Virus record (IMG/VR): IMGVR_UViG_3300004154_000014
Location: 1-63,954 of that record
DNA: 63,954 nucleotides
Strand: one strand, 5' to 3'
Source of the DNA: a virus
Taxonomy: Duplodnaviria; Caudoviricetes
The notes under the pieces are model-generated. The model did not search any database. It saw only the letters and a program-made list of their open reading frames with translations, and had not been told where the DNA came from. Positions 26,972 to 37,205 of this stretch are shown here, piece after piece; position 1 is the stretch's first letter; each line of letters opens with the position of its first letter. The position numbers were made by a program, and so were the translations under genes.

Positions 26972-28372
26972 TTACAGCTTGGCAGCGGTCTTGATCAGGC
27001 CGATGCGCTCAGGACGCAGGGCCATGAACCCGTAGTACCACTTGATCGACATGAAGCCGGTCTCGCCGTAGGGATCGGTACGATCCGCCACGCCCTCGCC
27101 GGGCTTCTTGTTGTAGATGGTGAACTTCACGCTCTTGCCGTCGGTCTGGAAACCGATGGTGGTGAAGGACGCATCGCCAACCACCAGCATCGGGAACACG
27201 TCGTAGCGGCTGTTGGTCTCGTAGTGGGTGGCGGTGCCCGAGGCGTCGCCGCCGGCACCAGACCACTTGAGCATCTCCGGCACGATCACGATGCGGAACT
27301 TGTCGATCGCACCTTCTTCGCCGGTCAGGACGTTGCCCGCAGAGGCGTACTGCTGGACCGGGATGAACGCCGGATTGCCGTGCAGGTCGACCATCTCCTT
27401 GAGGGTCGGCAGCAGCTCGGAGCCACAGTAGAGCACCCGGCAGGACGGGACGGTCTTGGTGTCGACCATGCGCGAGCCGGTGATCACCGTGGTGTGCTTG
27501 GGCGTGCGGTTGTTGTCCAGGTCGATGCCCAGGCGCATCAGGTCGCCGTAGGTGACCACATCGGTAGCATCGATGGTGGCGTTGGTGGTGGCGTTGCCCG
27601 CGTAGCGGATGACCCCAGCTGCGTTGATCAGGTCGATCTGCAGCATGTCCTCGGTCAGCTCGTTGGCACCGTTCAGCATCTCGCGGTTGACGTGCATCAT
27701 CAGTTCCGCGTCGCTGTCGAAGTCCAGGGACTCCTGGGTGTACTCGCTGAAAAAGCCCATCTTCTCGAAGGTGCCTTCCAGCTCCAGGCGCTTGTAGCCG
27801 ACACGGTTGACACGGCCACCGGTCTCGGACAGCAGTGGCAGCTTGCCGGTGATGGTGCCGATGTCCTTGGACGAGCCGTAGAGGTAGCCCGAAGCTTGAA
27901 GGGAATGGGAACCCAGGAAGGAAGCCAGGGCGGTATTGGCCTGGGCCTGGGTGCCACCATCGACGATGCTCTGGCTGAGGGTCACGGTCCACGGAGTGAC
28001 CGAGCCGGTCTTCACCGCCACGCCAGACTTGATGGCGTTGGCCGCAGCAGCTGCAGCAGTGGCGTCGGCCTCGACCGCATAGGTCCAGACCAGCTTCGGA
28101 AACACCACCGAATACTTGGTGTTGTCGATGGTCACGCCGGCGGCATCGATGCCCTGGTCGTTGATGTTGCGATCATCGAGCAGCGGCATGTAGTGGTAGC
28201 GCTTGATCTTCTTGCCCATGTTCTTGGGCATCGCAGTGGTATCGGCCAGCTGGCTGAAATACTGCTCTTTTTTCAGCTCGATCAGCGCCTGCTTCTGCCA
28301 GTAGAACTCGACCTGCTGAACGCCAATGGACGATTGCGTGCCGCCGGCGGGATCGTTGTATTGCATACCCAT
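26972..28372 (-). CDS. Major capsid protein (N4 gp56-like)
   Basis: [61 protein letters not shown]. Confidence 0.95.
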   Translation of the reverse strand: MGMQYNDPAGGTQSSIGVQQVEFYWQKQALIELKKEQYFSQLADTTAMPKNMGKKIKRYHYMPLLDDRNINDQGIDAAGVTIDNTKYSVVFPKLVWTYAVEADATAAAAAANAIKSGVAVKTGSVTPWTVTLSQSIVDGGTQAQANTALASFLGSHSLQASGYLYGSSKDIGTITGKLPLLSETGGRVNRVGYKRLELEGTFEKMGFFSEYTQESLDFDSDAELMMHVNREMLNGANELTEDMLQIDLINAAGVIRYAGNATTNATIDATDVVTYGDLMRLGIDLDNNRTPKHTTVITGSRMVDTKTVPSCRVLYCGSELLPTLKEMVDLHGNPAFIPVQQYASAGNVLTGEEGAIDKFRIVIVPEMLKWSGAGGDASGTATHYETNSRYDVFPMLVVGDASFTTIGFQTDGKSVKFTIYNKKPGEGVADRTDPYGETGFMSIKWYYGFMALRPERIGLIKTAAKL

Positions 28373-28384
28373 GAGAGATACCTA

Positions 28385-29566
28385 TCAGAATCGTGGTTGT
28401 GCGAGCTTGCTGAACTCTTCGTCACTGAGGCTGAGCGGGTTGAAATCCGCTTTCTTGCCTGCCGACGCCGGAGCCGTCTTGGTCGGACTGGCTGCCCGCT
28501 TCATGTCCTTCACCTGTTTGGGATCGGGCTTGTTCGTAGTTGGCGACTCGGTCTTCTTCACCGGCGGAGTTTGTTGCCCCTGGGCGCCCAGGTGGGCAAA
28601 TCCACCACGTTGATGAATCGCGTCCCCCACTTGCTGATAAGCTTCCAGATCCGACAAACCAACTAGCCGGCCCAGCATACGTTCCCGTTCAACCGTACCA
28701 CTCACCAGGTCATATATGCCGCTTTGCATGTGGCTATTGATGACGCGAAGCACGTTCGGATTGTCGGTGACCAACTGCTTACTTTTCCGGTCCCATTCTT
28801 TGCCGACCACGTTCAACATGCGCTGGTAGTGCTCGGAGTCCGAGATGTCCTGCAGTACCGAGTCCAGTGCAAGTTCACGATCGTCGACCGAATACTGGGT
28901 TGCCTGGTATTCGCCGGCTTTCTCATCCATATCCAGCGGATCAACTCCGCTGTCTTTCACGAGTTTCGCAACCGCCGCTGGGTTCTTCTTATCCAGGTCG
29001 ATCAAGAAACTCAGCTTGTTCTCGTCGAGGAGTCCATTATTTTCCAGGAGTTTCAGGACCTTCAAATTTGGTTTGATGGCCTGCATTTTCTTCTGGTAGT
29101 TAGCCCCCATCTGCATGAGAGCAATAACATCATCAGGAGACTCCAGTCGAATCTCCTTACCGTTGGCCTTGAAGGGTGCGAAGATTCGTTCGTAGGCTGC
29201 CTTGTAATCCGGGTCGGCAACCGGAGTCTGGAGCCCTTCATCAGCCGGCTTGTCGGCAGTGGCGGCAGGCGCAGCGGGGAGTTTTTCGGTACCTTGCGGG
29301 AGGGCCTTGCCAGCGGCTTCGACCCCTTCGGTTTCGCTGCCATCCCCTTGATTCCCCTCATCTTCGCCAGGAGGGTTTTCTTCCTCTTCCTCACCCGTAA
29401 CCACCCCACCGTCACCGGCATCGCCGGCGACGACTGCGTCGTCTTGGGCGCCGGTTACCGGTGGGGTGGTTACGGGCGGAGTGGTCTCTTCTTCAACTTC
29501 CAGCAGTTGTGCCGGGTCGAAGTTCAGAAGTTCCTCATCGCTCATTTCCAGTACGGAGCGGGCCAT
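28385..29566 (-). CDS. N4 gp57-like protein (scaffold-like)
   Basis: Acidic N-terminus, PFKANGK..LMQMGANY, ends LSDEEF; upstream of capsid gene. Confidence 0.8.
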   Translation of the reverse strand: MARSVLEMSDEELLNFDPAQLLEVEEETTPPVTTPPVTGAQDDAVVAGDAGDGGVVTGEEEEENPPGEDEGNQGDGSETEGVEAAGKALPQGTEKLPAAPAATADKPADEGLQTPVADPDYKAAYERIFAPFKANGKEIRLESPDDVIALMQMGANYQKKMQAIKPNLKVLKLLENNGLLDENKLSFLIDLDKKNPAAVAKLVKDSGVDPLDMDEKAGEYQATQYSVDDRELALDSVLQDISDSEHYQRMLNVVGKEWDRKSKQLVTDNPNVLRVINSHMQSGIYDLVSGTVERERMLGRLVGLSDLEAYQQVGDAIHQRGGFAHLGAQGQQTPPVKKTESPTTNKPDPKQVKDMKRAASPTKTAPASAGKKADFNPLSLSDEEFSKLAQPRF

Positions 29567-29895
29567 TATTCAGCGCCCTCTTCCGAGTAATTTTCCGCCT
29601 CGTCGTAATCTTCCAGGGCCTTCTCGCCGAGCATGGCGAAGTGGTTGATCACGCCGAAGTAACTGTTCAGGTTGCCGATCGCATCGATCTGCAGAATGAT
29701 GCTTGCCTGCTTCTCGGGAGTTTGCATCGACTCGTGCGCTTTGAGATGGACAAGGCGCACCGGTTCATCGCGCAGGTAACCCTTGACAACAATCCGCTGG
29801 AAGTCGGGGTTCTGCTTCAAGCGCTCCAGAGCGCGAGCATTCTCCACATATTCGCGGGCTTGTTCTTTGCTGATTTCGTGATTGGGCAGGCTCAT
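29566..29895 (-). CDS. N4 gp58-like small head-morphogenesis protein
   Basis: ALERLKQNPDFQRIVVKGY; lies between portal and gp57-like gene. Confidence 0.72.
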   Translation of the reverse strand: MSLPNHEISKEQAREYVENARALERLKQNPDFQRIVVKGYLRDEPVRLVHLKAHESMQTPEKQASIILQIDAIGNLNSYFGVINHFAMLGEKALEDYDEAENYSEEGAE

Positions 29896-29961
29896 GGAAG
29901 TTCCTTGGTTCAACGAATGGCGCGACCCTAATACAGAACTAGGGCCGCATGCACATTTTTC

Positions 29962-32121
29962 TTACTTGCCTGCCGGCTTGGCTTTGATCTGCTCTTTCTT
30001 GTGCTCGTTGTCCAACACTTTAAGTTGCGCTTGCGACCTGGCTTGCTCGCCTTGTTTCTGCAAGTCGCGCTCCTGTTTCACCCCACTTTCCTGTTCCACG
30101 AAGTCCAAGTTCTTCTGGTCGGTATCGGCGTCGAGATTCTCTTTCTTGGCACTTGCCAGCGGAATGTTGGCACGGTCGAGTTCGGCCCGGGCGATATAGG
30201 CCTGGGTCTGCGCCTGCTCTTTGGCCAACTGTGCTTCCTTGAGTGCCATCTCCAGTTCCATCAGCCGTTGCTGAGTGGGGTCGGGTTGAGGCTGGAATTC
30301 CAGGATACGGTGGGCCAGATCCGGCATCTTCCTGAGCTTGGCGATCTCGGCCAGAACCATCCGGGTGAATTCCCCGTCCATGTTGTTGCCAGTGGTCTGC
30401 AGCATGAACGCCAGTTGCTCGGCCTTGTTGTTGTCTTCCTCGGCCGTGGAGATCGACAGCACCAGGTCGAAGTTGCCCGGCAGGTCGTCGCGGCGCACGG
30501 TGACGAACTGCTCTTCGGTGATTCGGACCACTTCCTCTTCGCTGAGGAATACCGCGTTCATCGCCAGGATCTTGCGGCCAATCTCTACCACCCCTTCGGA
30601 GAGCCGGCGCAGCAGGCCCAGCTCGCGCTTGCTGGCCGCATCCAGAGCGCCGCGGATACCGGCGGCGACATCCCCAAGCGACTGGCTGCCCAGGCCCTGA
30701 CTGAATGCCTTGACCCCGGTGATCGCCTCGGCCTCCATGTTCTGCTGCATCAACACGAACTGGGCCGACTGGGGGATCTCCGGGTAGGTGAACATGTGGA
30801 AGACTTCCTGGGGTGCCACCCCTGGGTTGAATTCGAAGTCCTCACCATTGACGAACTTGCGGCGGTTGTTGGCGTCCAGGGCATCCTTGCGCATACCGAC
30901 CTGACCGTTGGCCGCCCGGCCGAGGATGTCGATCATCCCGCGGGTGACCGCGCCGGCGATCTTCTGATTGTCCTCGAGGAGTGCACCGTCCGGTTCGCCA
31001 TGGGTGTTGCGACGAACCGGCAGGTATTGCTTGATCACGAAGGGCAGGGCTTTATCCGGAAAGGGATTCTCTTCCATTCGGATACAGATGCTGCCTACCC
31101 ATGCGGCGACGATTGGCTTAACCAGACCAGTACCATCAATATCCCAATATCCCCAATACTCATAAACAATAAATTTCTTGCGAGCCTGGTCAGAGAAGTT
31201 GAAGGTCTGAGTACCAGTGTTCGTAGCATGGTCGGGCTCTCCCAGGATGGAGTTGTTGTCGATCTGAATCTTCTCGAGATTCTTGTAGCGACCGTCCGCT
31301 TTGAGGATCGACAGCGACGACTCGTAACGATGGATGATGAACCCGGCCTTGCTGAGGTCCCACTTGCAGGTCGGATCGATGATCACGTTACGGCTGTCGC
31401 AGACCTCGACGGTTGGCTGATTGAGGAGAGTACGGGTTTTGGCCCGCTTCTCCCAACCGGTGATCACCGGGCGATGAGGGGTCCCGGAGGCCACCGACAT
31501 CTTCAAGGCCGACTGCCATTCCTCACTGGTTTCAGACTGATACCGCCCCGGATCGCTCGCCTGCAGCTGCTGCAGTTCGGCGAGGGTCTGGGCTGCCATC
31601 GGATCTGGGACGAACTCGACGTTGGGCTCCTCGGCGAGGTACTCCTCTTCCCGATTGTCCCAGCCCACTTTGACGATCACCGTACCCTCATCCACCGCGG
31701 TACGCACGTACTCGTCGATGAAGGCCACCTTGCCGAGCTTGGTGTTGAATTGGTTGTTGAGCAGCAGTTGGTTCTGCTCCGCCCGGGCCTTGTCGTCCCA
31801 GGTCACCGGCTTGACCTTGAACAGATCCGGGGTGCTCAGGAAGGGTTCGGTCAATGCCGGATAGCGCCACTCGGCCTGTTTGCGAATCAGCTTTGGAACG
31901 ACCCCCGAATGACCGGGCGCCGGTTTGACAGCTGCCTTACCGGTGCCATTGAAGTTGTCCATCCACTCGTTGATCTTGCGCACCTGAACTTCGTGGTGCT
32001 GGCGCGAGTCCTCATAGTCCTGTTTCAAGTTGTTCAAGGTGGGTTCGTTCTTCCACCCGGTCATCTTCACAGGTTCGATTTCCAACCTATTTTCCAGTTT
32101 AAAATTGGCCAATTCCATCAC
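29962..32121 (-). CDS. Portal protein (N4 gp59-like)
   Basis: WKNEPTL..PKLIRKQAEWRYPALTEPFL, LDFVEQESGVKQER. Confidence 0.93.
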   Translation of the reverse strand: MMELANFKLENRLEIEPVKMTGWKNEPTLNNLKQDYEDSRQHHEVQVRKINEWMDNFNGTGKAAVKPAPGHSGVVPKLIRKQAEWRYPALTEPFLSTPDLFKVKPVTWDDKARAEQNQLLLNNQFNTKLGKVAFIDEYVRTAVDEGTVIVKVGWDNREEEYLAEEPNVEFVPDPMAAQTLAELQQLQASDPGRYQSETSEEWQSALKMSVASGTPHRPVITGWEKRAKTRTLLNQPTVEVCDSRNVIIDPTCKWDLSKAGFIIHRYESSLSILKADGRYKNLEKIQIDNNSILGEPDHATNTGTQTFNFSDQARKKFIVYEYWGYWDIDGTGLVKPIVAAWVGSICIRMEENPFPDKALPFVIKQYLPVRRNTHGEPDGALLEDNQKIAGAVTRGMIDILGRAANGQVGMRKDALDANNRRKFVNGEDFEFNPGVAPQEVFHMFTYPEIPQSAQFVLMQQNMEAEAITGVKAFSQGLGSQSLGDVAAGIRGALDAASKRELGLLRRLSEGVVEIGRKILAMNAVFLSEEEVVRITEEQFVTVRRDDLPGNFDLVLSISTAEEDNNKAEQLAFMLQTTGNNMDGEFTRMVLAEIAKLRKMPDLAHRILEFQPQPDPTQQRLMELEMALKEAQLAKEQAQTQAYIARAELDRANIPLASAKKENLDADTDQKNLDFVEQESGVKQERDLQKQGEQARSQAQLKVLDNEHKKEQIKAKPAGK

Positions 32122-32166
32122 CCGCGGCTGATTAATGCCGCAATACTACTGACCCTTGGAGAGTTC

Positions 32167-32589
32167 ATGAAAATCCAGAAACTACGCGATATTCGCCTGC
32201 CAGAAAGAGCCACCCAATACTCTGGCGGCTACGACATCTACATGCCCGAAGACGGCACTATCGGTGGGATGTTCGGCCCTGCGAAAGTGGGGCTGGGATT
32301 TGCCACCGCTATTCCACCTGGCTTCGTCGCCCTGCTGTTGCCGCGTTCCGGTTGCGGTTCCAAGTTCGGTGTGGAGTTGCAGAACACCTGCGGCGTCATC
32401 GATGCCGACTACCGCGGGGAATGGTTTGCCACCTTGCGCACCAAGAACGGCGAAAAGTTCAGCTGGGAAAAAGGTGAGCGTGTATTGCAGATGATCCTGG
32501 TCCCGGTGATTACTCCAGATTTGGAAGTGGTCGACTCGTTGGATGAAACTTCCCGTGGCGCCGGAGGACTGGGCAGCACCGGGCGTTAA
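32167..32589 (+). CDS. dut: Trimeric dUTPase
   Basis: SGGYDI, PRSG, GVIDADYRGE, RGAGGLGSTG motifs. Confidence 0.95.
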   Translation: MKIQKLRDIRLPERATQYSGGYDIYMPEDGTIGGMFGPAKVGLGFATAIPPGFVALLLPRSGCGSKFGVELQNTCGVIDADYRGEWFATLRTKNGEKFSWEKGERVLQMILVPVITPDLEVVDSLDETSRGAGGLGSTGR

Positions 32590-32608
32590 TTCCTATCGAG
32601 GGTAATCC

Positions 32609-33037
32609 ATGATCCAGCAGTACATCGGCAGCAAACTTATCCAGGCCCAGGCCATGAACCGTCAGACCTATAACGACTACCGAAACTGGCAACTTCCCGA
32701 CGATGAGAACGGTAGTGACGAAGGCTACCTGGTCGAGTACCTGGATGGTGGCAAACCCAATCACCCGGAGCATGTTGGCTACATCAGCTGGTCCCCAAAG
32801 GAGCAGTTCGACAAGGCCTATATGCTGGTTGGCAAGATTGATCACCTACCACCATTCCATCAGCGTCTGATCGCCGAGAAAACCCAGTTGGATGACAAGA
32901 TCATCAAACTGAGCGCCTTCCTGGGTACCACTGCCTTCTACGCACTGAGTGCCCAAGCAGCCGAGTTGCTTCATACCCAGCTGCACTGGATGGAAAGGTA
33001 TTCTGACACCCTTGGGCAACGCATTGCCCAACTGTAA
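32609..33037 (+). CDS. Hypothetical phage protein
   Basis: YIGSKLIQA..GYLVEY..YISWSPKEQFDKAY + coiled-coil tail, a common phage family. Confidence 0.75.
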   Translation: MIQQYIGSKLIQAQAMNRQTYNDYRNWQLPDDENGSDEGYLVEYLDGGKPNHPEHVGYISWSPKEQFDKAYMLVGKIDHLPPFHQRLIAEKTQLDDKIIKLSAFLGTTAFYALSAQAAELLHTQLHWMERYSDTLGQRIAQL

Positions 33038-33067
33038 AACGACAGCCCCAGGGATGGGGCCATTACA

Positions 33068-33511
33068 TCAATAGGTGTTGCACAGGGTTTGACCAGCTAC
33101 CCGGTTGCAGTAGGTCTGCCTGGGCCGATTATTGATCATGTTCTGCAGGGATTCCTGCTGGTCCTGGGCATTTTGATTATGGGTATCGATCTGACGGGTG
33201 CGCTCGGATACCCACATGGCGAACTTGTTGCAGGCTTCACGGCTGACTGTCGGGAAGTTTTGTTCGGTTACCTGCAGTTGTGTGGTCATTCGGCTCAGAT
33301 CATACCGATATGCATTGAGATCCGACTTGATATAAGCGACCCCCAATGAGGCGCTCTCGGGGCTGGTGTAACCCAGTGTCCCGCATTTGGTACCACCCAC
33401 TATTTCTTGTGCTGCTACGGCATAGCCGGCATCAGGTAACTCGGGACGGGGTGTGGAAGCGCAGCCCACCAGCAGTAGCGTGCTGCACAATCCCAGCGAT
33501 TTCAACGTCAT
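33068..33511 (-). CDS. Putative lipoprotein
   Basis: Signal peptide with lipobox LLVG-C; C-terminal TYCNRVAGQTLCNTY. Confidence 0.72.
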   Translation of the reverse strand: MTLKSLGLCSTLLLVGCASTPRPELPDAGYAVAAQEIVGGTKCGTLGYTSPESASLGVAYIKSDLNAYRYDLSRMTTQLQVTEQNFPTVSREACNKFAMWVSERTRQIDTHNQNAQDQQESLQNMINNRPRQTYCNRVAGQTLCNTY

Positions 33512-33573
33512 TGCGCTCTTTCCATGAGGGGAGGCGGTCATGGTAGCCAAGCCCTCCCCTCCACCACAACGCC

Positions 33574-34287
33574 TTACACCCAACCGTTGCGGTACAGGCG
33601 GTAGTTCTCGAGGCCTTCCCGCAGTTCGTTACCCTGGCTTTCCAGGCGCTGACAGGAGGCCTCGAACAGGGCCATGTAGTTGTTCCCCTCATGGAAATCG
33701 TCGGTGATCCCGCCCGGGTTGTGTAGGCGCCAGGCCACGTAGAACAGTAGGGCCTCCAGGTGGGTCCACGGCAGCTCCACCTCCACGTTCGCCGGATTCC
33801 AGCCCAGGCCCCCATGCATGATTCGCGGCGCCGCTGCCCGGTAGAACACCTCCACGTAGTCCCCCTTGACCTCGGCCGGCACGATCACCGTCTGCATCGT
33901 CAGCGCGTGCAAGCTGCCGGTGAAGCTCTGGTGGCCAAGCTCCAGCTCGCAACCATCCTCCCGGTAGACCCGCTCGATCTTGAGCAGGCGGTCGTCGGTG
34001 AAGGGCTCGGCGCTGTCGTCCAGGTACTGCACCGCCTCGCTCGAAGAGGTATTGGACTGGGCGAAACGCTCGGCCAACAGGTAGCTCTCCTGTCCTTCCT
34101 GCCGCACCACCCGGACGCTTCCCAGGCGCAGCAGGAAGCGTTTGTGCAGCTCGAGCACCCCGAGGTTCACCGAGTTGAGCACCTTGACCTGCAAGGCGCC
34201 GGTGAGGCCCAGGGTTTCATTGCCCCCGGCGGCCATCTGCCACAGCTCGCCGTGGGTCAGTTGGTTGAAGATTTCTTGCAGTTTCAT
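33574..34287 (-). CDS. Head-tail adaptor-like virion protein (N4 gp67-like)
   Basis: MKLQEIFNQLTHGEL..ELHKRF, ends RNGWV; next to TerL as in N4. Confidence 0.78.
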   Translation of the reverse strand: MKLQEIFNQLTHGELWQMAAGGNETLGLTGALQVKVLNSVNLGVLELHKRFLLRLGSVRVVRQEGQESYLLAERFAQSNTSSSEAVQYLDDSAEPFTDDRLLKIERVYREDGCELELGHQSFTGSLHALTMQTVIVPAEVKGDYVEVFYRAAAPRIMHGGLGWNPANVEVELPWTHLEALLFYVAWRLHNPGGITDDFHEGNNYMALFEASCQRLESQGNELREGLENYRLYRNGWV

Positions 34288-34293
34288 GGGACC

Positions 34294-35919
34294 TCACACG
34301 ATATAGGAAGACATTCGGCTTGATTCTTGCATTCCAGTGTCCATCTCCCAAATCCCCGAATTGTCCTTGGACATTTCCAGATCCTGGGTCGGGCGCCAGC
34401 TCTTGAGCGCCGAGAGCATCGAGATACTGTCAATAAAGTCATCATGCTTGCTCTTGAAGCCAGCTGGGGAAGCCAGGGAGAGTTCGCTGTACATCTCCAG
34501 CATCACCGGCAGTTCCTTGAACTCGATCGGGAAGAACACCTTGTGCAGCTTGAACTGTGGGACCATGGTCTGGAACCGCACCAGCTTGTTGGTGTTGGGC
34601 CTGATCCCCGGCATGGCTCCGTTGTTGTCCGAGGCCAGGTTGAAGAAGATGTTGCGGTTCATCATCTCGTTCTGAATCCAGCGCACGAATCCCCCCTGCT
34701 GTCCGCTCACCTCGATCCCCACCTCCAGGGGTCGGTAGGTCGAAACCAGACGGAACAGATCGTCGATGGTCACATCCATCAGTTGGCGCTTGCAGATCCC
34801 GTCCACCCAGAACCAGTCCCCGTTCGCACTGTAGGCCCAGACACTGATCACGCAGAAGTCAGCCGATTGCTTCTCGCTGGTGGCGAAGTCGGTGGTGATG
34901 TACCAGTTGAAGAAGCCCTTGTTCCTGACCACATTGCCATGGCGGTACCAGCCAATCTCATGGTCCTGGATCAACCGATCCTCGGCGGACATGATCCGCA
35001 GCATCAGCTCCTGGTTGAAGGTGTCGACCTTGCCAGCCTTCACTGACTGGTCGTACTTTAGCTTCACGTAGTCGTAGTTGAAGCGGTCGTCCCAGGCTCC
35101 CTTGAATTCCTCCCGCGTGCAGGGGAAGCGCTCGCACACCGGATAGACGTTGACCTTCCAGGCTCCCGACTCGATCGCCTTGTACAGCGGGTCCCTGGCA
35201 TTGAACGGGGTTCCCGACCAAATGATCTTGTTGCGCTTGGGGTGCAGGGCGTAGTCGATCGCCTTGTAGACCGTGGCCTCGATGCTGGCGATCACCGTTT
35301 CCGAACGGGCATCCTCGTCCGAGAGCAGGTCGTCGAGCACTGCCAGCTGGGGTCGCTTGCCCATCTCCTTGGAACCCCGTACCCCGGTCTTGGCCCCGTA
35401 GCCCTTGACGATGAACACGTTGCCATCCCGGTTGCGGAACTCCCAGCGGATGTCGGTGAAGCGGATTTCCGGGATGTAATGCCTGAGAAAATCGCTATTT
35501 TCCCAGCGAAATTCCAGGTTTTTCCGCATGTTTTTCACGCCGTTTTCGATCGAATCTGACACGTAAAGGGCCAGATCCACCTTGCCGAAACCAGGCAGCA
35601 CACCGTAGACACCCAGGTAGAGAAACAGGTATTCCCCCAGCAGGGTGGTCTTGGCAGCCCCCCGGAACACCATGTTGGCGATCCGTGGCGTATCCCCAGC
35701 CACCTGGTCCAGCATCCGGTAGTGGAGTACCGGAGTCTTGTTCTCTTCCCCGGCCTCCCCGTTCACCAGCTTGATGAAGGCCACGAATTCCAGGGCGAAG
35801 TCACTGGGGATGTATCCCGGGTCATCCCCGTAGAACGCTTCGTTCAGCCAATCCTCAACGGACTTCGCAGCCAGCACATCCGCCACTGCCGAAGCCAGAG
35901 GGGAAAGAGTGGGCATCAC
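34294..35919 (-). CDS. terL: Terminase large subunit (N4 gp68-like)
   Basis: FRGAAKTT, AVLDDL Walker B, SGTPF, TTDFATS nuclease motif, HDDFIDSIS. Confidence 0.95.
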   Translation of the reverse strand: MMPTLSPLASAVADVLAAKSVEDWLNEAFYGDDPGYIPSDFALEFVAFIKLVNGEAGEENKTPVLHYRMLDQVAGDTPRIANMVFRGAAKTTLLGEYLFLYLGVYGVLPGFGKVDLALYVSDSIENGVKNMRKNLEFRWENSDFLRHYIPEIRFTDIRWEFRNRDGNVFIVKGYGAKTGVRGSKEMGKRPQLAVLDDLLSDEDARSETVIASIEATVYKAIDYALHPKRNKIIWSGTPFNARDPLYKAIESGAWKVNVYPVCERFPCTREEFKGAWDDRFNYDYVKLKYDQSVKAGKVDTFNQELMLRIMSAEDRLIQDHEIGWYRHGNVVRNKGFFNWYITTDFATSEKQSADFCVISVWAYSANGDWFWVDGICKRQLMDVTIDDLFRLVSTYRPLEVGIEVSGQQGGFVRWIQNEMMNRNIFFNLASDNNGAMPGIRPNTNKLVRFQTMVPQFKLHKVFFPIEFKELPVMLEMYSELSLASPAGFKSKHDDFIDSISMLSALKSWRPTQDLEMSKDNSGIWEMDTGMQESSRMSSYIV

Positions 35920-36605
35920 GGCTGGGGCTCCTGGTCGATCACCAGACGCTGCCCGGCTACCTCCTTGGCATCCAGCGCCCCGGCTGCCAGCATCTGCTTC
36001 TGCTGGGCCACCAGATCCATCACTGCCGCTCGCAGGTTGCCGATCGCCCCGTCGTCCTTCACCCCGATGTCCAGTTGCACCTTGCTGGTTTCCGGCATCT
36101 TCAAGTGGGTGAGCAGGGAGTTGGCCGCATCGGTCCTGACCTTCTCGCTCTGGGCCGTCAGCATCAGGTCGGCCTGCACATTGAGTGCCTTCTGGTAGAG
36201 GTCCTGGTTTAACACGTAGTGCGGCGTCAGGGTCTGCTCGAAAATCTGCATCACCAACTTCGACTTGTTGTAGGCGGTGATGTAACTGGCGATGTCCTTG
36301 CTCGCTACCCCACGCATGACGAATGACTGGTAGCGATCGGGGAAGGTCTTGATATACGCATCGGTGTTGGTGCAGCCCATCAACTTGTGGCTGACATACT
36401 TCACCGCATTGATGTAGTCGGGCATCCGGAACTTGCCGTTCTGCATCACCGAGGTGTAGCCAAGCAGATTGTCCCGGTAGTTCTCGAACATGTCCGGATC
36501 ACTGAGCAAGTCGGTGATCTGTTTGATCAGGTCGGGATTGATGGACTTCTTGAGGGAAGGCGGCAGCACTTCCTTGAACTGCTCGATGGTCATGGAAATG
36601 GACAT
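35916..36605 (-). CDS. N4 gp69-like protein (probable terminase small subunit)
   Basis: YINAVKYVSHKLMG, SEKVRTDAANSLLTHLK; overlaps terL start. Confidence 0.8.
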   Translation of the reverse strand: MSISMTIEQFKEVLPPSLKKSINPDLIKQITDLLSDPDMFENYRDNLLGYTSVMQNGKFRMPDYINAVKYVSHKLMGCTNTDAYIKTFPDRYQSFVMRGVASKDIASYITAYNKSKLVMQIFEQTLTPHYVLNQDLYQKALNVQADLMLTAQSEKVRTDAANSLLTHLKMPETSKVQLDIGVKDDGAIGNLRAAVMDLVAQQKQMLAAGALDAKEVAGQRLVIDQEPQP

Positions 36606-36659
36606 GGGATACCTCGCTCCACTGGATAGCGGAATGGTACGAGGCTGCAAAAGCAAACC

Positions 36660-36900
36660 AGAAATCAGGATTAAGGAGTGAAGGGGTAGGGGAAATTTTC
36701 TGCAGAATTTTTTGGAGGGAAGTTGGGGAAACGAAGAGGGAAGAAGCGAGAGTAGTGGGAATGAAGTCGGAGGGTCTGGTGATTTTTTATTTTTGGAGAC
36801 GAATGCTGGACTGGGCCTGGAAGCGTAAAAGCAAAACCACCCCCCCCCCTATCTCCACTTAGTTACCCTCCACGTACCCACTCCCCTGCCAAGTACCACG
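36660..36900. other. Probable genome-end / terminal repeat region (late block meets early block)
   Basis: Divergent junction between gp69-like gene and early genes, where N4-like genomes terminate; purine-rich then C-rich sequence with C-run ~36840-36849. Confidence 0.5.
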
Positions 36901-36909
36901 CTGCGCTCA
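36899..36909 (+). promoter_or_regulatory. Repeated early promoter-like motif CGCTGCGCTCA (copy 1)
   Basis: Identical 11-mer at 36899, 37348, 38204, 38857; template strand reads GC-GCA-GC, like the GNA-triloop core of N4 vRNAP promoters. Confidence 0.65.
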
Positions 36910-36962
36910 AGCGACGGAGGTGTGACGACGCCTTCATCATCCCTTACTCTGGAGTATTCCCC

Positions 36963-37205
36963 ATGTTCAACATGCTCGCTCAACTGTGGTCCATGCTTGC
37001 CATTGCATTCGGTGCAGGTCAGAAGGGCGCCAATGCTCTCGACAACGTCATGACCCTTGCCGAAGAGGCCAGTCAGAATCTCCTTATCGAATCCCGCATG
37101 GAGCGCAAGGCCAAGCTTAACAAGCTGCAGACCAAACTCGGTATCAGTGCCGAGGATATGGCTGCCATGTCCCAGATACGCAAGCCCGAAGAAGAAGACG
37201 CCTAA
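36963..37205 (+). CDS. Early hypothetical protein
   Basis: GGAG RBS, follows promoter motif. Confidence 0.7.
   Translation: MFNMLAQLWSMLAIAFGAGQKGANALDNVMTLAEEASQNLLIESRMERKAKLNKLQTKLGISAEDMAAMSQIRKPEEEDA

Noticed and set aside
30001-32166. 862-aa dUTPase fusion ORF
   Set aside because: The N-terminal part is antisense to the portal gene; the real gene starts at ATG 32167 with a GGAG RBS
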